Part shown: positions 60,912 to 64,000 of the stretch, piece after piece | Layout: every line of letters starts with the position of its first letter | Numbering within the stretch: the stretch's first letter is position 1 | Assembly: GCF_006345805.1 (NCBI RefSeq) | Contig: NC_043022.1 | Coordinates: 2,666,001-2,730,000, forward strand | Direction: 5' to 3' | Source of the DNA: Octopus sinensis | Taxonomy: Eukaryota | Length of the DNA stretch: 64,000 bases | Position numbers and translations under genes: made by a program | The notes under the pieces: model-generated | What the model saw: the letters and a program-made list of their open reading frames with translations, nothing else | Databases searched by the model: none | Told to the model about the DNA's origin: nothing

Positions 60912-61105
60912 TGACTCTGACTCATAATGTCTTTATTCTTTAATATAAACCAGTTATAACATAGAGGCCTACTCAGAGTGCAAGCATATGCTTATGTTTT
61001 ATGAGATATGTATACCACAATCACTTGATTACATAAAGAGGAGTCGGAGTCGGAGGTGCCGAGAGTAGAGGAGTCGAAGTTTCTTGTTTCGACTCTGGAG
61101 CCCTA
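60912..61105 (+). mobile_element. 5'-truncated hAT-like MITE, Helitron-free paralog of 49311-49965
   Basis: Continuous ATGAGATA|TGTATACCACAATC across the site occupied in the other copy. Confidence 0.8.
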
Positions 61106-61429
61106 GTGATAGTAGAAATACCTGCTTCTGTTTGAACAGATGATGATTTGGAGTTATGAACTATGATGATGATGATGACGATGACAAAACAGAATTTTAC
61201 ACATGAGGAGTCCATCCCGAGAAATACTTTTTGTTTCGTGGTTTGTAAGAGGCATTATTATGTCGGTTAAATGTAAGGATAACCATAGAAAGATCAAATG
61301 AAGAAATTAGCCATGACAGACAGTAAAACAGAATACTAGCTGCAACCTTGACAATTATTGCGATTGTTTAACAACATAATAGCTGCCTGTCTCTAATGCA
61401 ACGGCTTAGCAACGTAAACCTGAAGAGCA

Positions 61430-61466
<37 letters not shown>

Positions 61467-61755
61467 GCCTCATCATTACTATTGACACTGGCAACGTGCA
61501 CATACATACTTACATGTCATTAATTCTATTTATCTTTAGAGGTTAATCTTCTTTAGGTTTCCATGCCTGCATGGCTTGAATGGATTTCATGAGGCACAGC
61601 CAGATGTTCTTCATGTTACTAACCTCTTTTCGTCCCTCTTATGAAACGGGGACGTGGCACACCTATTCTAAAACTGAGGCGCACAAGGTATTCATAAAAA
61701 GGGAAAATTTACGTCAAGTCTTATCAACTGAAGATGGGCGATGCATCATATATAT

Positions 61756-61982
61756 TAAGGCGGCGAGCTGGCAGAAACGTTAGCGCGCCGGACGAAATGC
61801 TTAGCGGTATTTCGTCTGCCGCTACGTTCTGAGTTCAAATTCCGCCGAGGTCGACTTTGCCTTTCATCCTTTCGGGGTCGATAAATAAAGTACCAGTTAC
61901 GCACTGGGGTCGATGTAATCGACTTAATACCTATGTCTGTCCTTGTTTGTCCCCTCTGTGTTAGCCCTTGTGGGTAGTAAAG

Positions 61983-61987
<5 letters not shown>
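61756..61987 (+). mobile_element. SINE family C1, full length
   Basis: A-box-like TGGCAGAAACGTTAGC and B box GAGTTCAAATTCC. Confidence 0.9.
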
Positions 61988-62032
<45 letters not shown>

Positions 62033-62036
<4 letters not shown>

Positions 62037-62545
62037 TACTTGTTTCAGTCATTTGACTGCGGCCATGCTGGAGCACCGCCTTTAGTCGAGCAAGTCGACC
62101 CTGGGACTTATTCTTTGTAAGCCCAGTACTTATTCTATCGGTCTCTTTTGCCGAACCGCTAAGTGACGGAGACATAAACACACCAGCATCGGTTGTCAAG
62201 CAATGCTAGGGGGACAAGCACAGATACACAAACACATACACACACACACACATATATATATATGTATATATACACATATACGACAGGCATCTTTCAGTTT
62301 CCGTTTACCAAATCCACTCACAAGGCTTTGGTCGGCCAGAGGCTATAGTAGAAGACACTTGCCCAAGATGCCACGCAGTGGGACTGCACCCGGAACCATG
62401 TGGTTGGTTAATATATATATTCTTTTACACATTTCAGTAATTTGACTGCAGCCATGCTGGAGCACCACCTTAAAGGGTTGCTAGTAGAAGAAATCGACCT
62501 CAGGACTTATTCTTTGTAAACCTAGTACTTACTTTATCGGTCTCT
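62033..62545 (-). mobile_element. B SINE (5'-truncated) plus a second B tail fragment
   Basis: Reverse complement of the B consensus. Confidence 0.82.
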
Positions 62546-62870
62546 ACGTTGCTAGAAACAACAGTGAAAATCTAATGCTGCAGTTAATGTACATAAACGA
62601 AAACATACACTAACATGGACCATGATTGTCCGAAAAGTACCGATTGAGATATATATATATATATATATATAATTTAGGGTTTAGCTACAAGTTGCTTCAC
62701 CACATACTGAAAATTTAGAAATAGCAGCCAAAAGACAACTAATTCTTTTAACTAGAAAATATGACTCCACAGACAACAATATTCCATACCGAAACTACTT
62801 GGTAAAATTTATCAATTATTAAATTAATAATTCTTTACCCTATATCTGCAATGATATATATATATATATA

Positions 62871-62964
62871 GGCGGAGGTAAAGAATACATATACCACCTG
62901 TTTTCGGTGTAACAAAAACCCTAAACTTAACCCTAACCACCAGGTGTGTAGTCTTTACCTTCAC
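62871..62964. mobile_element. Short foldback element, copy 3
   Basis: GGCGGAGGTAAAGAATAC...GTCTTTACCTTCAC with TA flanks. Confidence 0.55.
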
Positions 62965-62982
62965 TATATATATGTACATGTT

Positions 62983-63263
62983 GAGGTGCAATGGCCCAGT
63001 GGTTAGGGCAGCGGACTCGCGGTCGTAGGATCGCGGTTTCGATTCCCAGACCGGCCGTTGTGAGTGTTTATTGAGTGAAAACACTTAAAAGCTCCACGAG
63101 GCTCCGGCAGGGGGTGGTGATCCCTGCTGTACTCTTTCACTCTTTCTTCTGTTGGCCTGCTCGCTTAGCCAGCGGGGTGGTGTCATTTGAAGGCTAAAAC
63201 AATGCGGTCGCATTGTGACCAGCGATGTGTAACAACATCTTATGGTCTGGTCGGTCACGTGAT
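62983..63263 (+). mobile_element. SINE family A, tail A2
   Basis: A head followed by GGCCTGCTCGCTTAGCCAGC...GGTCGGTCACGTGATA, as at 33670-33786. Confidence 0.85.
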
Positions 63264-63745
63264 ATATATGTACACACATAAAATAAGGATAAAAATCATG
63301 TTAATGATAATTATCAGGTAGTCAACATGGAAATAAGCAATTTATATATTAAATTAATAATTATATATATATAATTATTTTAAGGGAGAAAATCAAAAAA
63401 CCCACTCCCTACTGAATTAATGTCCAAGCATTATGAAGGTACCACAAAAACTCTATAAATAGATGCGATTGAAAGCGGGTTACTGAAAAGATATTTAAAA
63501 AGACTCCACATTAATTACGAATTAGCTAATTTCAAGATTAAAATCTGAAATAGATTTTCTTCTATCTTCAGTGCAATATATGTAAAAAAATATACAAATA
63601 ATGTAGTGTCTTTTTAAATATCTTCTCAGTGGCCAGCTTTCAATCACATCCATTTAGGAAGGGTTTTTTTTTCTTCTTTGTAATGCTTCGACATCAGTTC
63701 AATATGGAGGAGATAAATCTTGTTTTGACTTTCTCCCTTAAAATT

Positions 63746-63784
<39 letters not shown>

Positions 63785-63807
63785 TACATATATATATTAT
63801 TAATTTA

Positions 63808-64000
63808 ATCATCATCGTCGTTTAACGTCCGTTCTCCATGCTAGCATGGGTTGGACGGTTCGACCGGGGTTCTGGGAAGCCAGAAGGCTGCACCAGGCTC
63901 CAGTCTAATCTGGCAATGTTTCTACAGCTGGATGCCCTTCCTAACGCCAAACCACTCGTGAGTGTAGTGGGTGCTTTTACGTGCCACCTGCACAGGTTGC
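63808..64000 (-). mobile_element. Family D element, runs off the window end
   Basis: CATCATCGTCGTTTAACGTCCG..CCATGCTAGCATGG. Confidence 0.85.

Noticed and set aside
3717-62445. Recurrent ORFs such as MSSNARGTNTDTQT..., MLGGQTQTHK... and RQASFSFRLPNPLTR...
   Set aside because: All are frames of SINE family B; the shared peptides reflect repeat copies, not a protein family.

Overview
Eukaryotic, AT-rich, repeat-saturated DNA with no recognisable intact protein-coding gene. The tRNA-headed SINE families, TA/CA/CAT microsatellites and a mollusc-type 5S rRNA copy are most consistent with an octopus (coleoid cephalopod) intron or intergenic region; this is inference, as no search was run. Most of the window is tiled by a few repeat families that I label by hand. 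A is a tRNA-head SINE with three alternative 3' modules. B is a tRNA-head, CORE-like SINE with a central microsatellite. C is a tRNA-head SINE with two tails. D and J have (GAT)n tails and an RTE-type 3' end. E is a TTAA-flanked piggyBac-like MITE. H is a short Penelope-like element. Also present are two Helitron-type families, hAT- and Tc1-type MITEs, RTE and CR1-like LINE 3' relics, a dispersed 5S rRNA copy, several minisatellites and a 1.85-kb AT array. The main second-look signals are minimal type I hammerhead-ribozyme motifs in three unrelated repeats (one family shows a compensatory stem change), a filled/empty site pair for a Helitron inside a hAT MITE, two long foldback hairpins, and SINE module shuffling and nesting backed by target-site duplications (TSDs). 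Nearly all ORFs in the supplied track are artefacts of repeats. Coordinates were read by eye and degenerate copies may be off by about 10-20 bp.
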